Below, in pieces: positions 27,890 through 36,709 of a stretch of 63,172 nt of DNA. A model generated the notes under the pieces. It ran no database searches and had not been told where the DNA came from. It saw nothing but the letters and a program-made list of their open reading frames with translations. The stretch is from Candidatus Hydrogenedentota bacterium (GTDB lineage: Bacteria > Hydrogenedentota > Hydrogenedentia > Hydrogenedentales > CAIZGN01): NCBI GenBank assembly GCA_903932505.1, contig CAIZGN010000056.1, positions 1 to 63,172 of the forward strand. Direction: 5' to 3'. Numbering within the stretch: position 1 is the stretch's first letter; each line of letters begins with the position of its first letter. The position numbers and the translations under genes were made by a program.

Positions 27890-29009
27890 TCAATTCCTGC
27901 GTGGGGGAAAGACGCCCCGAATCCTTGAATTCTTTCCGGATTTCCTTGAAGCGTTCCTCGCAGACCAAAAAAGCCTCGACAATTCGAGGATCGAAATGAC
28001 TGCCCGATCCCTCCAAGATGATGCCTCGTGAGGTTTCGTGGTCGAACGGTTTCTTGTAGGGTCGCGCCGAAGTAAGCGCATCATAGACATCCGCCAGCGC
28101 CACAATACGCGCGGCCAAGGGGATATCCTCGCCGCTGAGGCCAAATGGATATCCGCTGCCATCCCACTTTTCGTGATGATAATAAGCAACGTCCCTGCCC
28201 ATCGCCAGGAAGGAGACACTACCCCCGGCCTGCTCGGCGGCACGCAGGGTGTCTCCACCAATGGTGGCGTGCGTTTTCATGATGTCGAATTCAAGCGGTG
28301 TGAGCTTGGCGGGTTTCAGGAGAATGCGGTCGGGTATGCCCACTTTGCCGATGTCGTGCAGCGGACAGGCTTGATACATTTGCCGGACGAAAGCGCCGTC
28401 GATATCGGCCTGAAAATCGGGCTGGACGCGAAGGTGTTGCGCGATTTCATAGGCATAGGAACGCATGCGGTCGATGTGATCGCCGGTTTCATTGTCCCGG
28501 GATTCTGCCAATTTGGAGAGCCCAAACACCGTGACCTGCTGGGTGACTTCGAGTTGACGCGTGCGCTCGCGCACGCGATCCTCAAGTTCCTGCTGGTAAG
28601 CGAAAACCGCGTCCTGCAGCATCTTAGTCTTCAGGGATGTCGCAATTCGCGCGCGGAGCAGCACGCGGTCAAAGGGCTTGATGAGAAAGTCGTCGGCACC
28701 CGCCTCCACCGCACGGACATTGGCCTCGCGATCGGTGAGCCCCGTGATGATTACAACAGGTATGTGCCAGGTTTCGGGATCCTGCTTGAGGCGACGGCAG
28801 ACTTCAAATCCGTCCATACCCGGCATGACGAGATCCAGCAGAATAAGATCGGGAGGGGTGAGCGCCACAAATTCCAGCGCCTCAATACCGTTTTGCGCGG
28901 TTCGAATATCATAGCCGTGTGGCTCAAGAAGTGCCTTCACCACCTGGATGTTTTCCGGCAGGTCATCCACCACCAGGATGCAAATCTCGCTCGGTGCCCT
29001 ATCCCGCAT
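27852..29009 (-). CDS. response regulator with HD-GYP phosphodiesterase output domain (RpfG-like)
   Basis: Start at MRDRAPSEICILVVDD (ATG 29009). Receiver motifs DLILLDLVMPGMDG and FLIKP. HD-GYP motifs PLHDIGKVGIP and HHEKWDGSGYPFGL. Its 3' end overlaps the convergent upstream gene by 38 nt. Confidence 0.85.
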   Translation of the reverse strand: MRDRAPSEICILVVDDLPENIQVVKALLEPHGYDIRTAQNGIEALEFVALTPPDLILLDLVMPGMDGFEVCRRLKQDPETWHIPVVIITGLTDREANVRAVEAGADDFLIKPFDRVLLRARIATSLKTKMLQDAVFAYQQELEDRVRERTRQLEVTQQVTVFGLSKLAESRDNETGDHIDRMRSYAYEIAQHLRVQPDFQADIDGAFVRQMYQACPLHDIGKVGIPDRILLKPAKLTPLEFDIMKTHATIGGDTLRAAEQAGGSVSFLAMGRDVAYYHHEKWDGSGYPFGLSGEDIPLAARIVALADVYDALTSARPYKKPFDHETSRGIILEGSGSHFDPRIVEAFLVCEERFKEIRKEFKDSGRLSPTQELISQLEAVEEPLL

Positions 29010-29143
29010 GACGGTCTCCCAAGTTTTCCGCTGCGCGCCCCCTCCCCGCCAAGCGGGCAACACACTCCACATACGGAGCATACCATAGCGCGAAGAGGTT
29101 GGCAAGAAATCTTTGTCGCTAAGTTGCGACTTTACCGAGAAAC

Positions 29144-30031
29144 CTATTTCTTGAATATGAGGCTATTGAAATCGCAGCGTTCAAACACATCCAAACAGGT
29201 GTGCGCGCTGGCGTTGTACACCTTGCGGCCGTCGCGGACAAAGGCGTCGCGCGCGGCGGCATACGCGTCCTCCTGTTCCTTCACGAAGGGCACGCCGATC
29301 ACATCGCCCACCTGATAGTACTTGTCGCTAAAATGGAGTCCCCGGACGAGATCAATATTTTCTTCGGTAATTTTTATCTTGCCGGGCGGGAAGAGTTTCG
29401 GCAGTTCGCCGTAGTCGTGATCCAGCCCCACGATATAGACGGGATCACAGCCGAGATGATAGGCCCATTGCAGCATGATAAAGGTGACGGTGCTTCCCAG
29501 ATGAACAATGGAGGCAAAATCCGTGGAGAATTGCGGATACAGATCGGTCCAGTAATATTTTTGACCACGCATGCGCGCCGCGTTGAAGAACCAGGTGTCC
29601 TTGTCCGCCGGAAACGCATAGGCGTTGTAAATGGCAGCCATTTTCTTCGGGCCATGCACCCCGCCGATGTCATGCCGCCGCACTTCGATCTGTTCTATGT
29701 CCTCGAACATGAGATAAGTGGTGTGAAATCCCCACTCGGGGAACATCTTGTAGATGCCGTTGCATCCCATGGTGATTTCTTTGCGGAGTTTGGAAACGTC
29801 CGTGTTTTTCAGGCTGGGGCCATTGGCAATGATAAAACAGCGACGACCCTTGAACTTGTCGCGCATGAGGGACAAGCGCTGCTGGTAGCCTGGCAGCGTT
29901 TCGGCCACCGGTTTCCACCCGTCCTTCAGACGGAGGGTAATCCGGTCAAAGTACCGATGACGGGCAAGCAGCAAACGCCAATACCCCACCAGCCGTTCCC
30001 GCTTCGGGAAACCGGATGTCCATGCAATCAT
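29144..30031 (-). CDS. DUF115 / MptE-like (Maf/sialyltransferase-like) family protein
   Basis: 295 aa. RCFIIANGPSLKNTD and the later VYIVGLDHDYG resemble the DUF115 (6-hydroxymethylpterin diphosphokinase MptE-like / motility-accessory-factor) family, from memory. Confidence 0.5.
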   Translation of the reverse strand: MIAWTSGFPKRERLVGYWRLLLARHRYFDRITLRLKDGWKPVAETLPGYQQRLSLMRDKFKGRRCFIIANGPSLKNTDVSKLRKEITMGCNGIYKMFPEWGFHTTYLMFEDIEQIEVRRHDIGGVHGPKKMAAIYNAYAFPADKDTWFFNAARMRGQKYYWTDLYPQFSTDFASIVHLGSTVTFIMLQWAYHLGCDPVYIVGLDHDYGELPKLFPPGKIKITEENIDLVRGLHFSDKYYQVGDVIGVPFVKEQEDAYAAARDAFVRDGRKVYNASAHTCLDVFERCDFNSLIFKK

Positions 30032-30138
30032 TCAGATTCCTCCTGCCACCGGCATTGGCCGATGTCAAACGCCAACAAGTCCAAGGGCGTCTGCTCCAAC
30101 CCTTGCGCCGGGCAGACCCCTAGATATTTTCCATTCAG

Positions 30139-33100
30139 CTATTCCGCCGGGCAAATCACCCGGAAGCCCACGTTGTAGACGTGCTGCCAAGGCTCGTAGG
30201 CTTGGCGGCTCGAGGCGGTGGCGTGTTTGGGTCGGTCGAACCATGAACCGCCGCGCACGGATTTCTTCTCCCGTCCATCGGCGTTGCTGGCTTCCTGATA
30301 GGGATAGGGGCGGTAGGCACTGCGGGTCCACTCGGCGGCATTGCCGAGCATGTCACACAAGCCCCACACATTGGGCTGATACTTGCCCACCGTCGTCATG
30401 ATCTTCTCGCCATCGCTGAAACGGGTATCCTTGATCAGGAAATCTTGGAACGGCGAGGGATTTTTGATGGGTTGCGGGTCGATGCCATCCACCGCCAGCA
30501 GCTTGAGGGAGAGGTCGGCCAAATTGGCGAAGGGGGAGAAGTCCGCATCGGCTTCGCCAAAGTAGAACGGCGAGGCCGCGCCCGCACGACAGGCCCATTC
30601 CCATTGGGTCTCGGAAGGAAGAGAGAATCCGCGCCCGGTCTTCGTGGCGAGCCACTGACAGAAGGCGGAGGCCTCGTCCCAACTGATTCGGATGGCGGGC
30701 ATTTCAGGATCCTGCACGGAGTAGCCGGGTCGCGTATGATCCTTGTGGTGCTGGTCAATGACGCCGTTGTCGTGTTTGGGGTCAAAGGTCTGATACTGGC
30801 GATTGGTGATTTCGGTCACACCCATCCAGAACGGCTTTTCGATTCTGACCTGAGTCTGCGGGAATTCATCATTTGCGCCAAAACGGCTGCCCATGATGTA
30901 TTCGCCCGCCGGGATGAGGCTCAGCCGCAAGGTCACGCCGTTGCCAAGATCGAGGGTATCCTCCGTCTTAGCGCCGGCCGCTTTCTGGTTTTCGGCAGCC
31001 TTTTTCGGATTGATCGGCCAGTCCGGGCAATCGAGGCTTTTCTTCGGACGCTCGGGCTCGGGCTGAGGCTGCACGAAGGCCACCGGGGCGGCGGGGGGAG
31101 GAAGTTGCTCCGGATCTTCGGTGCTAGCGGCATAGCAGGCCCTCATGGCGAGGCGACGCTTGTCGAAGTCCTTCGGAATGCTGCCATAGGCCTCAAGCCA
31201 CGAACCCTTGTCCGGCACATTGAGGTCGATCCAGGTGTAGAGGCGATCCCAGGCCTCATTATCGAGCTGGACGCCGTGGTGGCCTTTTTCAAGCATCTGG
31301 ATGAGCTCACTGGTGCTGGCGTGGAACTCAAGCGGCGTCAGGATATGGTAATCGCTCTCGGGGCCCGGACGTCGCACGTAGGGATGCAGTTCCAGATAGG
31401 ACGTGCTGAACCCGCCGGGGGTCTTGTCATCCCTGAGTCGCAGGTCAGGCTTGGGCCCGCCATCGGCTGAGGGTGATCCATCGTGACAGCCGATGCAGAA
31501 CTTGTCGAGCACCGGCTGCACCTCGCGCTTGAAACTGAAACCGCGCGCGGGTCCGTACCAGGGTTGGATGTCCTTGGGAGCATTGCGCGCTGCCACATTG
31601 GCACCCAGCGCGGGCGACATGTTCTGCCGTTCGTGACAGCCCGCGCAACTGACCATTTCACCGGGCATGCCGACGAACCAGCTGCGCATGAGTTGCAGCG
31701 CGCGACCCTGCGCGTCGAGTGGTTGGATGGCCACAGGGGTGTTCGCGGGAATTTTGAAGGAGGCAGAGCCATCCTCGTCCACCGGGACAGTTCCGAGAAT
31801 CCGGCGCACGTCCCACGAGCCTTCCACGCCCACATTGATGTGCCCGCCGATGTTTGGATAGGCGTAGTGGAAGCCGTAAACCCGAAGCGATTTCACCGTG
31901 CCTCTTGGGACATCCCGCAGTCCGGGACCGGCGTAGACGTCCGACACATAAACCGTCGCGTCCTTGGATTCGAGGTTGACCTTGTCTGGAATCGTCGGCG
32001 GTCTTTGGCTCTTGCGCAGGGGGAGGGGTTCAAAGAGCGCGTAGCCCGGTTCCTCGGCCAGCAACTGGCGATTGCCGAAGACATCCACGAGATAGACGCC
32101 CCAGGCCGCATCCGCCGTGGGCTTGCACGAAACCAGCAGATAGTTTTTGTTCAGCGGGTAAGGATGCAGAAACTTGGGCCAGACATTGTCGACCAGCGTG
32201 TCCATGATGACCGGCTCGACTTTCTTGCCGTAACCGGGAATGCGTTGCACCACCCCATCGCCCTCGGTGCGACCCTTCGCGGGGTCGAGCAGAATCAATT
32301 CACCCATGCGCGGCACGCCGTGGTGTCCGGAAATAATGGCGGCCACCATGCTGGGTTCGCCGGGCACCGGCCGTGCATAGAAGGTCGAGTTGGGCCAGTA
32401 CGAGTTGCTGCCGTAGTACTCCGCCTGGTTGGTGCCATCGGGATTCATGCTGAAGAGGAGACGGGAGAAGTAGTGCGGGGTGTCGGAGTACTCCCAGCGG
32501 GTGTACATGATGCGCCCGTTTTGCAGCAAGGTCGGGCACCAATCGTGATCCTGATCAAAACAGAGTTGCCGGATGGCTGAACCATCGGCATTCATCAAGC
32601 ACAGATTGGCGACCGTGTTGGAACCGCCCACGCAGGGCACCCCCTGAAAGCACCGGGTGGATCCAAAGACAATGCGCTCGTCGGGCAGGTAACAAGCGTC
32701 ATAGTTGTCCACATCGGGTTCGGTGCCGGGGGTCACTTGGCGCAGGCCGTTGCCATCGGCGCCAATCTCGAAGATCTGCCAGCGGTCATTCGTGCCCGGC
32801 ATGGAGAAGAGCATCTTCCCCGCATCGAAATGCAGATCCACATCGCCCACGAACTCGCCGTTCTGCGGGCGGAAAAACGTTTTCGGAACGGCCCCTTTTT
32901 CCTTGTAGGCCAACTGATCGATCTCGTTGTCATAGCCTTTCTGGCCCATGGCGCAGTTACCCTGCCAGTTCTGGGGCAGTCCGAGATTACCCGCGCCGCG
33001 TTTCACCAGAAGAAGCGTATCGAAGTCGAGCAGAGGGTTGGCGAGAAGTGCTTCGCGTTGCAGCTCGAGCAGTTGCTGCAGCTCCTGAACCCCGGCGTCT

Positions 33101-34131
33101 TCCCCCCGGCCCAGCGCGCTTTCGATCTCTGGAATGCGGCCCTTGCAGGCATCCACGCGGGCGAGAAAATCCTTGCCCTTGGGGTAGGTGGCCGAAAAGG
33201 CGGTATCGAGATCCTCAATGGCGAGGCGCAGCGCCACGAAATCGACCTGGCGCAATTTCGCGAGGTTTTCCCGGAAAACGCTCGCGCGCACATACAGGTC
33301 CAACCATTGCGGATCATCGGAAGGCACACGCCCGTCCTTGAGCGCGCTTGCGGCCTGTTGGATGGGCTGGGCGGCTGTTCCCGTTTCACTCAGCGTACGC
33401 GCGAACATGTCCATTTGCGCGTCGGTGTTGTCCGGGCGGAGGAACCAGGCCAAACCCGCACTACCCGGCGCATCGCGCTTGATCCACGACGATTCTCGAG
33501 GAAAATCCTTTTCAATTTTCGGCCAGTAGAGGTTGGAAGGATCGGCGGGCGACGCAAAATAGAACGAATACGCGCCCTGCGCATGAAAGACCTTCACCAA
33601 GAGTGTGTTTTCACCGGCGTGCAAAGCCAGTTCGATGTTCTCCGGATTGGTGGCTAGGGCTTCTTTGCGAAAAACCTCCTGTCCGTTCAGCCACAGTTGC
33701 AGACCCTGACTGTCGCCACCGAGGGCAATCGGCAGGCTCAGGTCCTTGGCGGCCGTGAGGGTGCGGTACAGATAGATGACGGAATTGTCCGGCCCCGAAA
33801 GCCCGCTCGTGGCATAGTCGAGGTATTCCAATCGGGCGTTCCACACCCGCTCGTCCTTGGGATTCTTCGCGTTGATGTCCACGCCCTGTTCAGGGAAAGC
33901 CGCCTCGGCCAAGGACGAAACTCGGATGGGATTGGTGGTGTACCACACCCCGAGAGTCACGGGCCATTGGGCCTGGGTTTGCTGAGCGGCCGCACGGCAA
34001 GTCCGCATGGTTTCCTGCCAGGACGCGCCTTTGGCGTATTCACGCGGCAGTGCTTCTCCGGCGCGGGCCGGGATGCAGAGGCTCAGGCCAACGCAGGCCA
34101 ACAACAAGGACGCCAACAATGATTTCCGCAT
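30139..34131 (-). CDS. giant secreted multidomain protein: N-terminal lectin/PA14-like region, beta-propeller-like middle, two CxxCH motifs, C-terminal FGE-sulfatase (SUMF1/PvdO-type) domain
   Basis: 1330 aa. Signal peptide MRKSLLASLLLACVGLSLCIPARA. SCAGCHERQN (31633-31647) and FCIGCHDGSP (31483-31497). The C-terminal ~260 aa (LIPAGEYIMGS...ISWDEASAFCQWL...RLPSETQWEWACRAG...GNAAEWT...VRGGSWFD...GFRVICP) match the FGE-sulfatase fold. Confidence 0.8.
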   Translation of the reverse strand: MRKSLLASLLLACVGLSLCIPARAGEALPREYAKGASWQETMRTCRAAAQQTQAQWPVTLGVWYTTNPIRVSSLAEAAFPEQGVDINAKNPKDERVWNARLEYLDYATSGLSGPDNSVIYLYRTLTAAKDLSLPIALGGDSQGLQLWLNGQEVFRKEALATNPENIELALHAGENTLLVKVFHAQGAYSFYFASPADPSNLYWPKIEKDFPRESSWIKRDAPGSAGLAWFLRPDNTDAQMDMFARTLSETGTAAQPIQQAASALKDGRVPSDDPQWLDLYVRASVFRENLAKLRQVDFVALRLAIEDLDTAFSATYPKGKDFLARVDACKGRIPEIESALGRGEDAGVQELQQLLELQREALLANPLLDFDTLLLVKRGAGNLGLPQNWQGNCAMGQKGYDNEIDQLAYKEKGAVPKTFFRPQNGEFVGDVDLHFDAGKMLFSMPGTNDRWQIFEIGADGNGLRQVTPGTEPDVDNYDACYLPDERIVFGSTRCFQGVPCVGGSNTVANLCLMNADGSAIRQLCFDQDHDWCPTLLQNGRIMYTRWEYSDTPHYFSRLLFSMNPDGTNQAEYYGSNSYWPNSTFYARPVPGEPSMVAAIISGHHGVPRMGELILLDPAKGRTEGDGVVQRIPGYGKKVEPVIMDTLVDNVWPKFLHPYPLNKNYLLVSCKPTADAAWGVYLVDVFGNRQLLAEEPGYALFEPLPLRKSQRPPTIPDKVNLESKDATVYVSDVYAGPGLRDVPRGTVKSLRVYGFHYAYPNIGGHINVGVEGSWDVRRILGTVPVDEDGSASFKIPANTPVAIQPLDAQGRALQLMRSWFVGMPGEMVSCAGCHERQNMSPALGANVAARNAPKDIQPWYGPARGFSFKREVQPVLDKFCIGCHDGSPSADGGPKPDLRLRDDKTPGGFSTSYLELHPYVRRPGPESDYHILTPLEFHASTSELIQMLEKGHHGVQLDNEAWDRLYTWIDLNVPDKGSWLEAYGSIPKDFDKRRLAMRACYAASTEDPEQLPPPAAPVAFVQPQPEPERPKKSLDCPDWPINPKKAAENQKAAGAKTEDTLDLGNGVTLRLSLIPAGEYIMGSRFGANDEFPQTQVRIEKPFWMGVTEITNRQYQTFDPKHDNGVIDQHHKDHTRPGYSVQDPEMPAIRISWDEASAFCQWLATKTGRGFSLPSETQWEWACRAGAASPFYFGEADADFSPFANLADLSLKLLAVDGIDPQPIKNPSPFQDFLIKDTRFSDGEKIMTTVGKYQPNVWGLCDMLGNAAEWTRSAYRPYPYQEASNADGREKKSVRGGSWFDRPKHATASSRQAYEPWQHVYNVGFRVICPAE

Positions 34132-34170
34132 GACACTGCTCCTACGTTACTTCCGGAGATCCGGGGACAC

Positions 34171-34234
34171 ATCCCCCGGCGCGTCGCGCCAAGAGATCCC
34201 CCTTTGAAGGGGGTGGTGCGAAGCACCGGGGGAT
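34171..34234. repeat. REP-like nested-hairpin element (copy B, with left extension)
   Basis: ATCCCCCGGCGCGTCGCGCCAAGAGATCCCCCTTTGAAGGGGGTGGTGCGAAGCACCGGGGGAT. Hairpin 1 is CCCCC-TTTGAA-GGGGG. Hairpin 2 is GGTGC-GAA-GCACC. Outer arms are GATCCCCC/GGGGGAT(C). Intergenic. Confidence 0.7.
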
Positions 34235-34257
34235 ATCGTGTTCAACTCAACTCGACG

Positions 34258-34938
34258 TTATAACGAAACCTTCGGATGCGTGAACCGCAGCCCTTTGCCA
34301 TCGTGGAACGTGGCATATTCGGTGACGATGGCCCCATCGGGTCCGGCCTTCATCCAGTGCCACTTCTCGGCTCCACCCAGCATATCGACTTCGCCCGGCA
34401 TCAGTTTCTTTTCCGTCTTCGCCACGCAGCACTCTTTGTGGGTCGGCGGGATGCGGTCTTCGACACCCGGCGTGGGCTGTCCTTCGCTGTATAGGTTCAC
34501 CCAGCCGTAACGACCCTGCCACGCTTCCATCTTGGGGCCGGCAGCATCGGTTTTCACGTGCCGGTGTTCCGGGATCATCTGTCCGGGCAACAGATAAATT
34601 TCGTGGCCGAAATAGTTGTCCTTCTCGTTGTTCACCCAGAAAATGCCGCCCATGCCGACTTCGGTGAACTTCCCCAGCCCGAAATCAGCCACCCAGAAAT
34701 CGGCGGTCTTCAATCGCGGCACGATGGGGTAATGATAGAAGTCCATCATTTCGTAAAACGCCTGCTTGGCCTTGTCCACAAGGAACTTTCCATCCGGGCC
34801 GTAGAAATCTTCGTTCTTGTGTTTTTTGAAGCCCGCCTCGGCTTCTGCGGCCAAAGCCGCAGGCACGACCGTCGCTGTGACAATCCCGGTGGCGGCCACA
34901 CCCATCGCTTCCCGTCTGCTGATATCCATGCTGTGCAC
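34258..34938 (-). CDS. cupin-fold D-lyxose/D-mannose isomerase-like protein with Tat-type signal peptide
   Basis: 226 aa. N-terminus MDISRREAMGVAATGIVTATVVPAALAAEA (a twin-arginine-like SRR motif followed by a hydrophobic stretch). Core HEIYLLPGQMIPEHRH...EKWHWMKAG resembles the D-lyxose ketol-isomerase cupin family. Confidence 0.55.
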   Translation of the reverse strand: MHSMDISRREAMGVAATGIVTATVVPAALAAEAEAGFKKHKNEDFYGPDGKFLVDKAKQAFYEMMDFYHYPIVPRLKTADFWVADFGLGKFTEVGMGGIFWVNNEKDNYFGHEIYLLPGQMIPEHRHVKTDAAGPKMEAWQGRYGWVNLYSEGQPTPGVEDRIPPTHKECCVAKTEKKLMPGEVDMLGGAEKWHWMKAGPDGAIVTEYATFHDGKGLRFTHPKVSL

Positions 34939-34954
34939 TCCTTATCGGTTGCGG

Positions 34955-35854
34955 TTATTTCTTTTTCTTGTTCTGCAATGCCAGATACATATCGTACGCC
35001 TTCTTCGCGGTCGCGTTCTCGTGCACGATCGCGCGCACGGCCTGGGCCATCGCCGCAGGATGATCCGCACAGAAGATGTTCCGGCCCATGTCCACACCCG
35101 CCGCACCTTGCTGGATGGCGTTGTAGGCCATCTTGAGCGCGTCGGGTTCGGGCAGTTTTTTGCCGCCCGCGATGACCACTGGCACCGGCGTGCCCGCGAC
35201 CACGGTGTCAAAGCCCTTGTCGCAGTAGTAGGTCTTCACGAAATGAGCGCCGAGTTCGGCGATCACGCGGCAGGCCAGCCCGAGATAGCGTGCATCGCGA
35301 ACCATTTCCTTGCCCACCGCCGTCACGCCCAAGGTGGGCAGACCGAGGCGGTTGCCTTCGTTGATGCAATACGCGAGGTTGGCAAGCGTCTCTTTCTCAT
35401 ACGGCGCGCCAATGCAGACCTGCGTGGTCAGTGCGGAGGCGTTGATCGCCACGGCGTCTTCAGCAGTGACGCCGATAATCTCATTGCTGAGTTCTTTGAG
35501 GACGGTCGCGCCTGTGCTGCAACGCATCACCACCGGCTTGTTGACCTCGGGTGAAATGCACGTGCGCAAACCGCCACGTGAACACATGAGACAGTCCACA
35601 TACTCAAGCAACGGAGGGATCGAAAGATCCATGCGTTCGAGGCCGGATGTGGGGCCCATCATGTAGCCGTGATCGAAGGCCAGCATGAGGGTTCGCCCGG
35701 TTTTCGGGTTGAAAATCCGGGAAAGGCGGTTCTTGATACCCCAGGGCAGGTGGGCGGAACCTTTCAGGAAGAATCCCTGATTGGCCTGCGGAACGCCGAC
35801 CGAAAAGTCCTTTTGTTCCTCTCCACCCGTCTTTGATTTGTCTACATCCGGCAT
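34955..35854 (-). CDS. LsrF/DhnA-type class I aldolase family protein (3-hydroxy-5-phosphonooxypentane-2,4-dione thiolase-like)
   Basis: Start ATG 35854 (MPDVDKSK) with AGGAG upstream. Long colinear similarity to E. coli LsrF as I remember it: LSRIFNPKTGRTLMLAFDHGYMMGPTSGLERMD, VKTYYCDKGFDTVVAGTPVPVVIAGGKKLPE, GAAGVDMGRNIF. Confidence 0.8.
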   Translation of the reverse strand: MPDVDKSKTGGEEQKDFSVGVPQANQGFFLKGSAHLPWGIKNRLSRIFNPKTGRTLMLAFDHGYMMGPTSGLERMDLSIPPLLEYVDCLMCSRGGLRTCISPEVNKPVVMRCSTGATVLKELSNEIIGVTAEDAVAINASALTTQVCIGAPYEKETLANLAYCINEGNRLGLPTLGVTAVGKEMVRDARYLGLACRVIAELGAHFVKTYYCDKGFDTVVAGTPVPVVIAGGKKLPEPDALKMAYNAIQQGAAGVDMGRNIFCADHPAAMAQAVRAIVHENATAKKAYDMYLALQNKKKK

Positions 35855-35885
35855 TGCTTGCGTTCTCCTTGGTTGGTCCGACGGG

Positions 35886-36515
35886 CTACCCCACGCTCCG
35901 GGAAAATCCCCTGAACAAGAGCGAAATCGAGGTGGCACCTGCATCGGGCGATCCGATACTTTGTTCCTTAATATTCTTTGCGCGACCAAAGCGGGCCTGA
36001 AGACCCTCGGTGGATTTTGCGCCTTGCTCCGCGGCGTCTGCTGCGCGTTCGAGCGCGTCATGCACGGTGGCTGCGGCATCCGCCGCGCTCCGTAAAGCGT
36101 CCACGGCGGGCTGCAGGGCATCCACCATAGTTTTGTCGCCCGGTCGCGCCTTCGTCTGTTTCAATACACCCGCGAGACCCGCCTCGAAGACGGTCGCCAG
36201 TTCTGCGGCATCCAGCGTGGTCTTTCCTTGGGCCGCAGGGGCCATGGCCATGAAAAAACCGCCGAGCAACGGGCCGACCGCGCCACCATCGACACCGAGA
36301 ATGGCCCAGCCCACGGCATGCAGCAAACTCTTTATGTCGCGGGTGGTATCAGCGGTGATGACCGCCTCCAGACAGCCCATGGCGCGTGTCATGGTTGCTC
36401 CATGGTCACCATCGCCACCGACCGAATCAAGGCGGGATAATAGATCCTGATTCTCGCGCACCAGCGCCGCGCCACCGCGCAACATCGCAGCGATTCCATC
36501 ATAATCGAGCGTCAT
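35886..36515 (-). CDS. dhaL: dihydroxyacetone kinase, ADP-binding subunit DhaL (Dak2 domain)
   Basis: 209 aa. LSRLDSVGGDGDHGATMTRA (DGDHG nucleotide/Mg site), KARPGDKTMVDAL, GSPDAGATS. Confidence 0.85.
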   Translation of the reverse strand: MTLDYDGIAAMLRGGAALVRENQDLLSRLDSVGGDGDHGATMTRAMGCLEAVITADTTRDIKSLLHAVGWAILGVDGGAVGPLLGGFFMAMAPAAQGKTTLDAAELATVFEAGLAGVLKQTKARPGDKTMVDALQPAVDALRSAADAAATVHDALERAADAAEQGAKSTEGLQARFGRAKNIKEQSIGSPDAGATSISLLFRGFSRSVG

Positions 36516-36629
36516 CCGGCGATTCCTATTCCTGACCTATGGGTTGAAGAGGTTGAGTGTCTGCATGGGGCTTGGCGAACAGGCGAAGAAACATCCCGCT
36601 TCGAAAAGGTGGCCCGAAGGGCACCTCAA

Positions 36630-36669
36630 GATCCCCCTTTGAAGGGGGTGGCCCGAAGGGCCGGGGGAT
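36630..36669. repeat. REP-like nested-hairpin element (copy C), inside the dhaK-dhaL intergenic spacer
   Basis: GATCCCCCTTTGAAGGGGGTGGCCCGAAGGGCCGGGGGAT. A solo hairpin-2-like unit GGTGGCCCGAAGGGCACC lies just upstream at 36608-36625. Confidence 0.75.
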
Positions 36670-36709
36670 GTTTCCCCTGTACCAAACCCTCGATACAACA
36701 TCAATATCC

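Noticed and set aside
28038-30178. 425-aa (28038..29315) and 325-aa (29201..30178) plus-strand ORFs
   Set aside because: They are antisense to the REC-HD-GYP regulator and the DUF115-like gene, both of which have recognisable motifs on the minus strand.
30142-30935. Calling the C-terminal domain a bona fide formylglycine-generating enzyme
   Set aside because: The fold-level motifs are present, but no Cys pair follows RGGSW. In addition, no sulfatase with a C/S-x-P-x-R motif is nearby.
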